Virus record (IMG/VR): IMGVR_UViG_3300044631_002648
Span: 6,424 to 70,423 of that record
Reading direction: 5' to 3' (one strand)
From: a virus
Length of the DNA: 64,000 bases
Numbering within the stretch: the stretch's first letter is position 1; each line of letters begins with the position of its first letter. The notes under the pieces are model-generated. The model was not told where the DNA came from, ran no database searches, and saw only the letters and a list, made by a program, of their open reading frames with translations. Below are positions 7,681 to 15,108 of this stretch, piece by piece. A program made the position numbers and the translations under genes.

Positions 7681-7762
7681 TATGCGCTCCTATGCTGCCA
7701 CACGCATAGAGGGCAACTGGGGGATTATCCCCTATTCGCATAGGCGCATAACGCAAAGCATG

Positions 7763-7790
7763 AAAAAGCCGACCCCGTAGGTCGGCTTTT
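7763..7790. terminator. bidirectional intrinsic terminator between convergent island genes
   Basis: AAAAAGCCGACC-CCGTA-GGTCGGCTTTT. Confidence 0.75.
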
Positions 7791-7795
7791 AATGG

Positions 7796-7948
7796 TCAGT
7801 CTAGAGGGATCTCTAGGGCCTCGAGCTCGCTGATCATGCTGCGTACGCTGCTGATCATGCTTTCGAGGCGCTTCTCGCTCTCCTGGTGGCGCTTCTCGAG
7901 CTCTGCGAGCTGAGCGGCGAACAGGTCGGCGATCGAGGGGGAGGCCAT
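7796..7948 (-). CDS. island small coiled-coil protein (50 aa)
   Basis: Own translation MASPSIADLFAAQLAELEKRHQESEKRLESMISSVRSMISELEALEIPLD; GAGA-loop hairpin (7972-7989) upstream on the - strand. Confidence 0.65.
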   Translation of the reverse strand: MASPSIADLFAAQLAELEKRHQESEKRLESMISSVRSMISELEALEIPLD

Positions 7949-8053
7949 GGGGGATCGGTTGTAGAGGTGCGCGAGCGATCTCTCGCTCGTGAACCAGTCT
8001 GTCAGAAATCCGCGCCGATCGAGGCCGATTGCTGCATTTCTTCAAACAGTTTC

Positions 8054-8122
8054 GCTTATGTCAGTCATAAGCAAAGCTGATAGTGTAAATGTACTACAGC
8101 GCGGTAGCGGGAATGATTATCA
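8054..8122. promoter_or_regulatory. right-border cluster: palindrome, LexA-like box and Fur-like box
   Basis: GCTTATG-TCAGT-CATAAGC 8054-8072; TAGTGTAAATGTACTA 8081-8096; CGGGAATGATTATCA 8108-8122. Confidence 0.5.
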
Positions 8123-8171
8123 GTATTGGCGTGGGCATACCCCTCCGAAAAACGGCCTCATTTTTCATCAA

Positions 8172-8588
8172 CTATTTTCCCCTATGCATATCTGCATCAC
8201 TCTCTAGTAGATAATCAAGGGCTGCGCTAATCAATGCGGGGGAATCATCGAAATGACCAAGACCTAAATTGCAAGGGCTGCAAATGTAGCCTCTAAATTT
8301 GTCAGTGGTATGACAATGATCCAACACCCATCGTTCTGTGTGTTTTGTGCAGATGGGACACGGCCCTGGAGGAGGGGCTGGATTATTGCGTTTTAGACGA
8401 TTGCGAAGGCGTGCGTGATCGCGAATGCATGTTTTACAGCGTGAATCAAGATTATCTACATTGCGAGGCTGAGCTGGAAAGGCAATGAGAGGCTTTTCTT
8501 CATTGCAAAGTTGACACCTTTTTGCTGGACCTTCGAGAGGACTGAATGGCAGCGATGAGGAGAGTAGTGACAATTGCGACGATGCCAC
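8172..8588 (-). CDS. endonuclease VII-family (His-Me finger) homing endonuclease
   Basis: CxxC zinc ribbon plus CPIC...LDHCHTTDKFRGYICSPCNLGLG motif. Confidence 0.85.
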   Translation of the reverse strand: MASSQLSLLSSSLPFSPLEGPAKRCQLCNEEKPLIAFPAQPRNVDNLDSRCKTCIRDHARLRNRLKRNNPAPPPGPCPICTKHTERWVLDHCHTTDKFRGYICSPCNLGLGHFDDSPALISAALDYLLESDADMHRGK

Positions 8589-8709
8589 TGTTGCAACAAT
8601 TCTTTACAGAGCATAGTCATGAAAACTTAGTTGGCACATGGCGAGTCAAGGCCTTATGGCCGCAGACGAGCCATTATGGCGAGGCTCCATTCAGAACTTT
8701 CCATCACAA

Positions 8710-9020
8710 AGAGCGGCCTCAAAGCCGCTCTGTTTGAAAACAAGCCAGACATTCCCTTCCATTGTTATTTCCAGAACAAAGGCGCCCCTCAAAGGGCGCC
8801 TTTTAGTGCCAAAAGCCATTGTTTACGTGTGTTTTTGAGCCATCCGCGCAGTTGCACGCATTTTCCCCTTGCATTTACCAGGCGTACTGGAGCGACGCCG
8901 CTTTTGGGGCGGCGTCTCAGAGCTGGAAGGACATTTGCCAGTCCTAGAAGGCTTGCGAGGGGCTTGGCGTCGAGAGCTTTTTGTTGCCCTGAAGCGCTCA
9001 GTGGCCGCTTTGGGGCGGCC
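8710..9020. repeat. cluster of four GC hairpins with conserved CYCAAA loops, two per orientation
   Basis: 8710-8731 and 8778-8803 (loop CTCAAA); 8894-8916 and 9003-9020 (loop TTTGGG = CCCAAA reversed). Confidence 0.8.
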
Positions 9021-9200
9021 CCTCGCTTAGTGCTGAATCACTGGTGAGACGTTTTCACTGGTGAGGCGTCGCTCGTCAGTGTCGCTTGTCAGAAGACGTA
9101 CGTTGCACTATGCGTATAGCATAACGTGGGCTGATGGTGATCTGTTTTCCCCATTGCTCCCAATCGTGCTACTGTAGGCCAGTTCGGCCTTTCGTGTATC

Positions 9201-9869
9201 ATGGTGAACACCACTCAATGGTGCTTAATTTCCCACTGGGAATTTAGTGACTGGCTCTGGCGTATTGATTTCACGCTCCATCCAGACGCATTGTTTGATC
9301 AATTGCTGTTTTCGTACCACGAACGGCTCATGGTGATCAAAGCTTTTGAGACCATGGGAAATCGCCAACAGCAAATTGAAGAGCGTTTTGCTGAATGCCA
9401 CAAAGGCGGTCCTTGGTACGCCCCTCGACCAGAGCTAAGGCGGTTCGTAGAAGATGAGGCAATGTGTGAAACGCTTACGGCTAAGCATTTGTTTGGCATG
9501 AGAGAAGGCCGCCTTAATTGGCGGCCTGCAAGGCTTGATATGCGATCAAAAATGGAAAGAGCTCAAGGCGAAGGGGAGCTGCCAAAATTTGTGCGGAATG
9601 CGGAGCGTTTTGTGATGTGGGCCGTCGATGACGTGACGGGAGATGGTGAGGCGTGTTTACCGAGGGGAATCATTCAGCATCCAGCGAATTCCCTTTATCA
9701 GCCAAAAACTATTTACAACACCATTCGCATTCTTGTCGAGCAAGAGAAAGTGGCTAAAGCTTCGTCTGGGAGGCTTTTGTTGACCGACAAGGGGCAAGAG
9801 GAAATTGATGGATTAAAAAAAGTGGAAGAATTAAAAAGAAAAGGCAGTGTGAGGACATTGCGTCTGTAA
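9201..9869 (+). CDS. hypothetical protein with C-terminal winged-helix-like segment (start uncertain)
   Basis: TIYNTIRILVEQEKV...GRLLLTDKG resembles a wHTH recognition helix and wing. Confidence 0.55.
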   Translation: MVNTTQWCLISHWEFSDWLWRIDFTLHPDALFDQLLFSYHERLMVIKAFETMGNRQQQIEERFAECHKGGPWYAPRPELRRFVEDEAMCETLTAKHLFGMREGRLNWRPARLDMRSKMERAQGEGELPKFVRNAERFVMWAVDDVTGDGEACLPRGIIQHPANSLYQPKTIYNTIRILVEQEKVAKASSGRLLLTDKGQEEIDGLKKVEELKRKGSVRTLRL

Positions 9870-9940
9870 AAGCTGAAGTTTGTATAAACAACCACTTTCC
9901 CTTCATTGTTCTCTCTCTAGCGTGAAGAGACACAGCGGAA

Positions 9941-10135
9941 ATGACTATGTGGGACGACCTTCCAGAGCCCTTCATGGTCGGCGCCATCAAACTTTGGCCT
10001 GCCCATAGTCGTCCTGGCTATACGTGGTTCATTGCTCACGAAGGTAAGCCTTATTACTTTCGGAGTAAGAGCGAGGCCATGCTTTTTGCAAAGGACAGGC
10101 AGTCCATTGAAGATCCTGAAATGCTGTGCGATTAG
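9941..10135 (+). CDS. hypothetical protein
   Basis: ORF track. Confidence 0.55.
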   Translation: MTMWDDLPEPFMVGAIKLWPAHSRPGYTWFIAHEGKPYYFRSKSEAMLFAKDRQSIEDPEMLCD

Positions 10136-10226
10136 CGAAAGATTTGATTAAGAGGCCAGTGACCGTAGCTAAGCTGGTTCCGTTCAAGAGCCGCCTTTGA
10201 GGGCGGCTCTTTCGTCTCAATCACTA

Positions 10227-11645
10227 ATGACAATGACGGAGAAAGTTGCTCGCACAGGGCGCGTACAAAGCTGGCTTGATGATCCAGAGGGGCGTCTTGC
10301 CGTTAGCTGCACAGTATTCAACGTGCAGGACAGTATGGAAGGCGAAGATGGCATTGAAGCTTCTTGGCGTTTTGTGAGTCATGGCCTGCGCAATGGTGCT
10401 GGCGTGGCAGTCCATTTGTCTGATTTGCGGCCCAAGGGAGAGGAAAACGGAAAAGGCCTTGTAGCGAGTGGTCCAGTTAGCTTCGGCAAAATCTATTCCA
10501 CATTGAATGAAATTCTGCGTAGGGGCGGAAAGTATAAGAACGGTGCAATTGTTCTCCACATTGATTATTCCCACCCTGATGCATTGGAATTTATCAAGGC
10601 ATCGCGAAGTGAGCTTCCTTGGGTGAAGCGTTGCGTGAATGTGGATAGTGAATTTATGGAGAAAAGTTCTCCTGAATTGATTGATGCATTGCTGAAGGGA
10701 ATTGCTTCGGGCGACATTTGGCTAAACAAAATTCGCTACGACCAACGCGGCGAACGCATTCGTGCGAATGTATGCCTGGAAGTGTATTTGCCCCATCGCG
10801 GCACTTGTCTGTTGCAGCATGTCAATATGGGCGCCTGCACCATTGAAGACGTTGTAGGAGCCTTTAAGGAGGGCATGCAGCAGCTTTGTGAGCTGCATGC
10901 CTTTACTGGCGTGGGCGACACTGGAGAATACCTGCCTGCAGTGGTGGATCGGCAAGTGGGCCTAGGCATGCTGGGCCTCGCTAATTTCCTGGCGCAGGAA
11001 GGCATTTCCTATAAGGACTTCGGCCTGGCCCTAAAGGATGTGAATGATGGCAAGGGTGGTGCTGTTACAAATGCACGTACTGCCGCCATTGTTTTGAAGC
11101 AAGCGATCATGGAGGCTGCTGCAATTGCCCGTCAGTACAACATGGATCGGGCCTTCTGCATTGCCCCTACTGCCTCATGCTCCTATCGCTACACAGACTT
11201 GCGTGGATTTACTACCACTCCTGAAATTGCTCCCCCGATTGCTCGCCATGTGGACCGCGATAGCGGCACATTTGGCGTGGAAAGCTTTGACTACGGCGAT
11301 GTTGAGACGGCAGCAGATGTGGGCTGGGAAGATTACAAGCGTGTGGCTGATGAACTGGTTCGTATGTACCAGAGCAGCAATTTGTTCCATGGATATAGCT
11401 TTAATTCTTGGAGCGATGTTGTCATTTATGACGAAGCCTTCCTCAAGGATTGGCTAGCATCTCCTCAGACGAGCCTCTACTATTCGCTGCAAGTTCTACC
11501 AGACACGCAGCGTAAAGATGATGCCTACGCGGCATTAGATGACGACTTTAAGAGCATGTTTGGTCTCGACGATGAGTCGATGGCTGATCAGAGTTCTGCG
11601 TCTTGTGATTTAGAGGCTGGTTTCTGCAGCTCATGTGCTGAGTGA
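10227..11645 (+). CDS. nrdA: ribonucleotide reductase alpha subunit, compact cyanophage type
   Basis: ARTGRVQSW, VSCTVF, NVCLE catalytic loop, APTASCS, SLYY, C-terminal CSSCAE. Confidence 0.92.
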   Translation: MTMTEKVARTGRVQSWLDDPEGRLAVSCTVFNVQDSMEGEDGIEASWRFVSHGLRNGAGVAVHLSDLRPKGEENGKGLVASGPVSFGKIYSTLNEILRRGGKYKNGAIVLHIDYSHPDALEFIKASRSELPWVKRCVNVDSEFMEKSSPELIDALLKGIASGDIWLNKIRYDQRGERIRANVCLEVYLPHRGTCLLQHVNMGACTIEDVVGAFKEGMQQLCELHAFTGVGDTGEYLPAVVDRQVGLGMLGLANFLAQEGISYKDFGLALKDVNDGKGGAVTNARTAAIVLKQAIMEAAAIARQYNMDRAFCIAPTASCSYRYTDLRGFTTTPEIAPPIARHVDRDSGTFGVESFDYGDVETAADVGWEDYKRVADELVRMYQSSNLFHGYSFNSWSDVVIYDEAFLKDWLASPQTSLYYSLQVLPDTQRKDDAYAALDDDFKSMFGLDDESMADQSSASCDLEAGFCSSCAE

Positions 11646-11704
11646 CCAATTAAAAGAGGGGGCCAGCGGCCCCCTTTCGTATCCACACTATTCCATCGTT
11701 TGAA

Positions 11705-12442
11705 ATGGCTACTGCCGAGAAAAGTCCTTATTTGTCAATGATTGCCAAGAAGCGGCCTTGGCAGGCCACACCTGTTGGCCGTGATCAAGTTGTAGAAGGA
11801 AGTGAGGCGACAATTTTCCGCGCTCTCGCATTGCGGCATCTAGAACTTCCCGTTCGTGAGCTTTTGGAGCAAGGGCTTCAGCGCGACTTGCCATCGACGC
11901 CTGGTGTGATCGAGGCTTTGCGTCACAATCAGCAGGATGAGGAGCGCCATGACGAGGCGCTCAACTACGTTGCTGCCGCTCATGGCGTAAATGAAAAAGC
12001 TGAAAAAGAAGCGGGCAACATCCTAAGGGCATGGAATGAGCACCCTGCTCACCCCATCCTCAAGGCAGCAATCTTAGAGCGATCCATTTTCTTTATCATC
12101 CTTCCCTTTTTCCGTTTTAACGGCGATGTTGGGATGCGAACTGTTTCGCGGGATATTAGTCGCGATGAGCAGGTGCATGTTGGTGTGCATAGTCTTGTTG
12201 CAATGGAGTTAGGAGAGGGTGCTGGCGAAAGTTTGAATAAGCTACGCCGAGCGACAGCGTTGTGGGCATTTGATGAGCTTGGGCGTAGTGACAACAAATG
12301 GTTAGACAAAGACTTTTGGCTGCGCTCAAGCGACAGTTTGTTTGAACGTGGCAAAGCTGAGGGCCTCACCGAATCCCGCGCATCGGTGATGCCAGCTTTC
12401 TTTGAGACCGCTAATTACAACTTGCCTTCTTACGGACGCTAG
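11705..12442 (+). CDS. nrdB: ribonucleotide reductase beta subunit (ferritin-like)
   Basis: Two ExxH motifs (DEERH, DEQVH) and LE...F, directly after the alpha subunit. Confidence 0.85.
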   Translation: MATAEKSPYLSMIAKKRPWQATPVGRDQVVEGSEATIFRALALRHLELPVRELLEQGLQRDLPSTPGVIEALRHNQQDEERHDEALNYVAAAHGVNEKAEKEAGNILRAWNEHPAHPILKAAILERSIFFIILPFFRFNGDVGMRTVSRDISRDEQVHVGVHSLVAMELGEGAGESLNKLRRATALWAFDELGRSDNKWLDKDFWLRSSDSLFERGKAEGLTESRASVMPAFFETANYNLPSYGR

Positions 12443-12501
12443 GTCTACCAGCGCTTTTAAGCGGAGGAGCGCTAAGATATTTCTTCTTTGAGTGCTCCTT
12501 C

Positions 12502-13023
12502 GTGGAAAAGCAGTGTGCGATGTGCGGTGAAATCAAATCCGCCCGTGAGTTTTACAAGGAAAAGAGAGTACATGATGGCTTGACCGCACGCTGTAAAAAT
12601 TGCACGCGGGAGGCCGCTAACACAAGTTATCAAAACAGAAGGGAAATTGTCCTCGCATCACACAAGGAAAAGTATTGCGCAAAGAAGAATAGAGCCTCAG
12701 CATTGATGAAAAACTATGGGATGACCATAGAGGAATGGAACGAAATGTTCGCCAGTCAAAACTATAGATGTGCAATTTGTGGGTCAAAAGATCCGCTCAA
12801 CACGGCAAAAAACTTTGTCGTTGACCATTGTCATTCGCTTGGACATGTGAGAGGCATACTATGTTCGCCGTGCAATGCAATGCTTGGCTTTGCCCACGAT
12901 GATCCAAATGTTTTATGGGATGCCATGACTTATTTGCTGTCACGCCCCGTTGGCGAGACCGTCGAAGAGCGAAAAAAACGGCATGGGTACAAGGGGAATG
13001 ACAAGAGTGAAAAGCTGCGCTAA
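12502..13023 (+). CDS. endonuclease VII-family homing endonuclease
   Basis: YGMTIEEW..M...Q..RCAICG...VDHCH..GHVRGILCSPCN. Confidence 0.88.
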   Translation: MEKQCAMCGEIKSAREFYKEKRVHDGLTARCKNCTREAANTSYQNRREIVLASHKEKYCAKKNRASALMKNYGMTIEEWNEMFASQNYRCAICGSKDPLNTAKNFVVDHCHSLGHVRGILCSPCNAMLGFAHDDPNVLWDAMTYLLSRPVGETVEERKKRHGYKGNDKSEKLR

Positions 13024-13080
13024 TATTTCCAAGGTGTGAGGAGAAGGGGCGCCCCGCAAAGGGCGCCCTTTGTCTTGTCT

Positions 13081-13602
13081 ATGGTCAATTGCTGGCTCAT
13101 TTCAGACACGCATTGGGGCCATGAAAAGGCCTATACGTTTCTGCGTCCTGATGGGGAGAAGCTGCGTCCTTTTGGGGACGCAGCAGAAGCAGATGAAGCA
13201 ATGGTGGAGCGATGGAATGCCGTGGTTAGGCCCAAGGATCGCATCTACCACCTAGGGGACGTTGCCATTCCACGTAGGGGCCTAAAAGTGTTGGAAAAGC
13301 TCAATGGGCGGAAAGTGTTGGTACGCGGGAATCACGATGTTTTTAAGCTTTCAGACTATGCACAGTATTTTGATGATGTGAGGGGGTGTTTTTATCACCA
13401 CGAATTTATGCTGAGTCACATTCCCTTGCATCCCGAGCTATTTCAACAGCGCTTTAGAGGCAATATTCACGGTCACCTCCATTGTCATAACGTGAGGCTC
13501 TCTGATGGGAGCCTAGATCGAAGGTATTTCAATTGCTGCGTCGAGCAAAATGATTTTGCGCCTTTCCATTGGGACGAGGTAATGGCCTATTTCGACCTAT
13601 AG
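13081..13602 (+). CDS. calcineurin-like metallophosphoesterase
   Basis: SDTHWGH, HLGD, GNHD, SHIP, HGHLH motifs. Confidence 0.9.
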   Translation: MVNCWLISDTHWGHEKAYTFLRPDGEKLRPFGDAAEADEAMVERWNAVVRPKDRIYHLGDVAIPRRGLKVLEKLNGRKVLVRGNHDVFKLSDYAQYFDDVRGCFYHHEFMLSHIPLHPELFQQRFRGNIHGHLHCHNVRLSDGSLDRRYFNCCVEQNDFAPFHWDEVMAYFDL

Positions 13603-13632
13603 TTTATTTATCGCCTCGCATCATGCGAACTA

Positions 13633-13875
13633 ATGGAAAGAGCAGGATTGGCTCCTTCCGACGAATTAAATGGTGGCCTCAATCCCAGAAGGACGTTTAA
13701 TACGCCCATCAGGGAGCCATGGAATGCGCCCATTCATAATACGTTGAAGGCCATTGATAATCACATGGCTTTGTACTTTAGAGACGGTAATAAGTGGCAT
13801 TTGGCGAAAGCTGATATGTTGCGGGAATACCTGCGCGAGCTAAAGTCTTGGATTCACGAACAGGAAGGAAAGTGA
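13633..13875 (+). CDS. hypothetical cyanophage protein
   Basis: ORF track; TPIREPWN...LKAIDNH pattern. Confidence 0.6.
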   Translation: MERAGLAPSDELNGGLNPRRTFNTPIREPWNAPIHNTLKAIDNHMALYFRDGNKWHLAKADMLREYLRELKSWIHEQEGK

Positions 13876-14066
13876 GCTGGAGGCTTTGGGCGAAAGCGCT
13901 GGGCGAGAAGGCGGGAAAGAATGAAAAAGAGGCAGATATGGTGGCTCTTATTAGAACTATTATTCTTTCCTCATACATCGTTACCAATTTGTTCATTGTC
14001 GCTGGCGTGATCCGCCATTGGAATGATATTGAATACAGTTTGCCAGCAAAAGAAAAGGGGCCCTGA
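13872..14066 (+). CDS. small membrane protein
   Basis: WRLWAKALGEKAG...AD.VA.IRT.I...Y..TN.FIVAGVIRHW. Confidence 0.6.
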   Translation: MSWRLWAKALGEKAGKNEKEADMVALIRTIILSSYIVTNLFIVAGVIRHWNDIEYSLPAKEKGP

Positions 14067-14077
14067 GGCCCCTTTTT
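14053..14077. terminator. bidirectional terminator
   Basis: AAAAGGGGCC-CTGA-GGCCCCTTTTT between convergent genes. Confidence 0.75.
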
Positions 14078-14084
14078 ATTGAGA

Positions 14085-14204
14085 TTAGAACCAGTGCGGT
14101 TTGGGCACGTAAGCCACGCCTCGATAGACGAGAGAGGCCATTTGTGCTTCGCGCAGGCGTGCGGCTTTCTCAAGCTGTTGCTTGATCAGTGCAAGAGGGT
14201 TCAT
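14085..14204 (-). CDS. DUF4278-like small peptide (39 aa)
   Basis: Own translation MNPLALIKQQLEKAARLREAQMASLVYRGVAYVPKPHWF; L.YRGV.Y signature. Confidence 0.8.
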   Translation of the reverse strand: MNPLALIKQQLEKAARLREAQMASLVYRGVAYVPKPHWF

Positions 14205-14220
14205 GGTGGTTCCCGATGAT

Positions 14221-14274
14221 GCTGTCCCCGTTCCGTGACAGCGAGTCATGCGCCCTGTCGCCAGGGTGAACGTA
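14221..14274 (-). ncRNA. glutamine-II (Downstream-peptide) riboswitch
   Basis: CGTTCA-CCCTG(GCGA)CAGGG-CGCA...CGGAACGGGG with GCTGTC/GACAGC pairing; upstream of a DUF4278-like ORF; TACACT -10 at 14279-14284 (- strand). Confidence 0.8.
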
Positions 14275-14288
14275 CCTTTAGTGTATCA

Positions 14289-14361
14289 AGCCCCCGTCAG
14301 GAATTGAACCCGACTCTCCGCTTTACAAGAGCGGTGCATCGCCACTGAATGCTTCAAGGGC
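14289..14361 (-). tRNA. trnT: tRNA-Thr(UGU), no encoded CCA
   Basis: Cloverleaf GCCCTTG/CGGGGGC, anticodon arm CCGCT-CTTGTAA-AGCGG, T-arm TCGGG-TTCAATT-CCTGA. Confidence 0.92.
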
Positions 14362-14694
14362 AAGGGCGGGAGTAGGACGCGATAGTCCAATAATGGCCGT
14401 GCGGCGGCCCTCCCGCTGCTTCATCGTCCTGGTACGGACATTGCGGAAAGGATCTTCCCCTCCTTTCCTGGATCAGGAAGTGCCTGAACCACTTCCTAGA
14501 TGGGACTTTCATCCCCAAAACCACTTAGGCGTCCCCTCGTGGCTGCATCGCGAATGCTCAAAAACTATAAAGGAAATCTGGACGAGGAGGAAGCTCTTCG
14601 CCATCTTCGGGCTCAATATCAACAGGCCATTCCAGGGCAAACATCCCTGGACATTCCTCCAAATCTTCTTGATAGGACTCTGGGATGCACATAG

Positions 14695-14835
14695 CTACTG
14701 GCGCCAGGTCCAATACACTACTCCGCCTTGTTCCAAAATCCAACGATGGTGGTGGCGTGCCTCATGGAGCGGCACGCAAGCTTGATGCTTGCGGCCGCCA
14801 AGAACGTATTGCATGCAGACTGTATTGCCGTTCAT
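14695..14835 (-). CDS. hypothetical protein
   Basis: ATGA overlap with the CP12 stop. Confidence 0.45.
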   Translation of the reverse strand: MNGNTVCMQYVLGGRKHQACVPLHEARHHHRWILEQGGVVYWTWRQ

Positions 14836-15074
14836 ACGTCGTATAGACGACACTCTGCGGCATCTGGGCTCTGTCGGCACAAAATCTCCCAGCGTGTTGA
14901 CGTGGAAAAAGGGAGCTCTGCCTCCTTTCTATACGCTGCCATAGCCTCCACGTAGGCATTATTTGCTGCACATGCCTCGGCGCTGTCTGCCCCATGCTCA
15001 TTGAAAGCCATGGTGAACGCAAAAGAAGTATCTACTACTTTTGCGAAGGCCACGTGAAGGGCTTCTTTGTCCAT
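14832..15074 (-). CDS. cp12: CP12-like Calvin cycle regulator
   Basis: C-terminal CRQSPDAAECRLYDV (C-x8-C-xx-YD) and GADSAEACAA region. Confidence 0.8.
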   Translation of the reverse strand: MDKEALHVAFAKVVDTSFAFTMAFNEHGADSAEACAANNAYVEAMAAYRKEAELPFSTSTRWEILCRQSPDAAECRLYDV

Positions 15075-15108
15075 TGCATTATCCTGAACACTTTTAGGCT
15101 AAACAGTT

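Larger units (their letters stand above)
3650..8030. other. compositionally restricted gene island (CTC/GAG-rich; AC/GT, AA, TA depleted)
   Basis: Directly visible; for example all 11 adenines in 4501-4620 lie in GAG; sharp borders with normal-composition DNA. Confidence 0.95.

Noticed and set aside
3650-8030. Island as microsatellite, eukaryotic contamination or assembly junk
   Set aside because: It has no periodic repeat unit, it encodes a coherent GP88-like protein and packed ORFs, and it shares its promoter-hairpin design with the normal-composition genes at 1156 and 2121. Read-level confirmation is still desirable.
3650-8030. Alternative genetic code in the island
   Set aside because: The standard code gives recognisable GP88 motifs, and TGA/TAG stops fall just before the next start.
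10227-11645. Class II (B12-dependent) NrdJ assignment
   Set aside because: The adjacent ferritin-like beta gene and the C-terminal YY pair indicate class I.
14289-14361. tRNA as a prophage attachment site
   Set aside because: Phage genes lie on both sides, with no integrase, host genes or duplicated tRNA end in the window.
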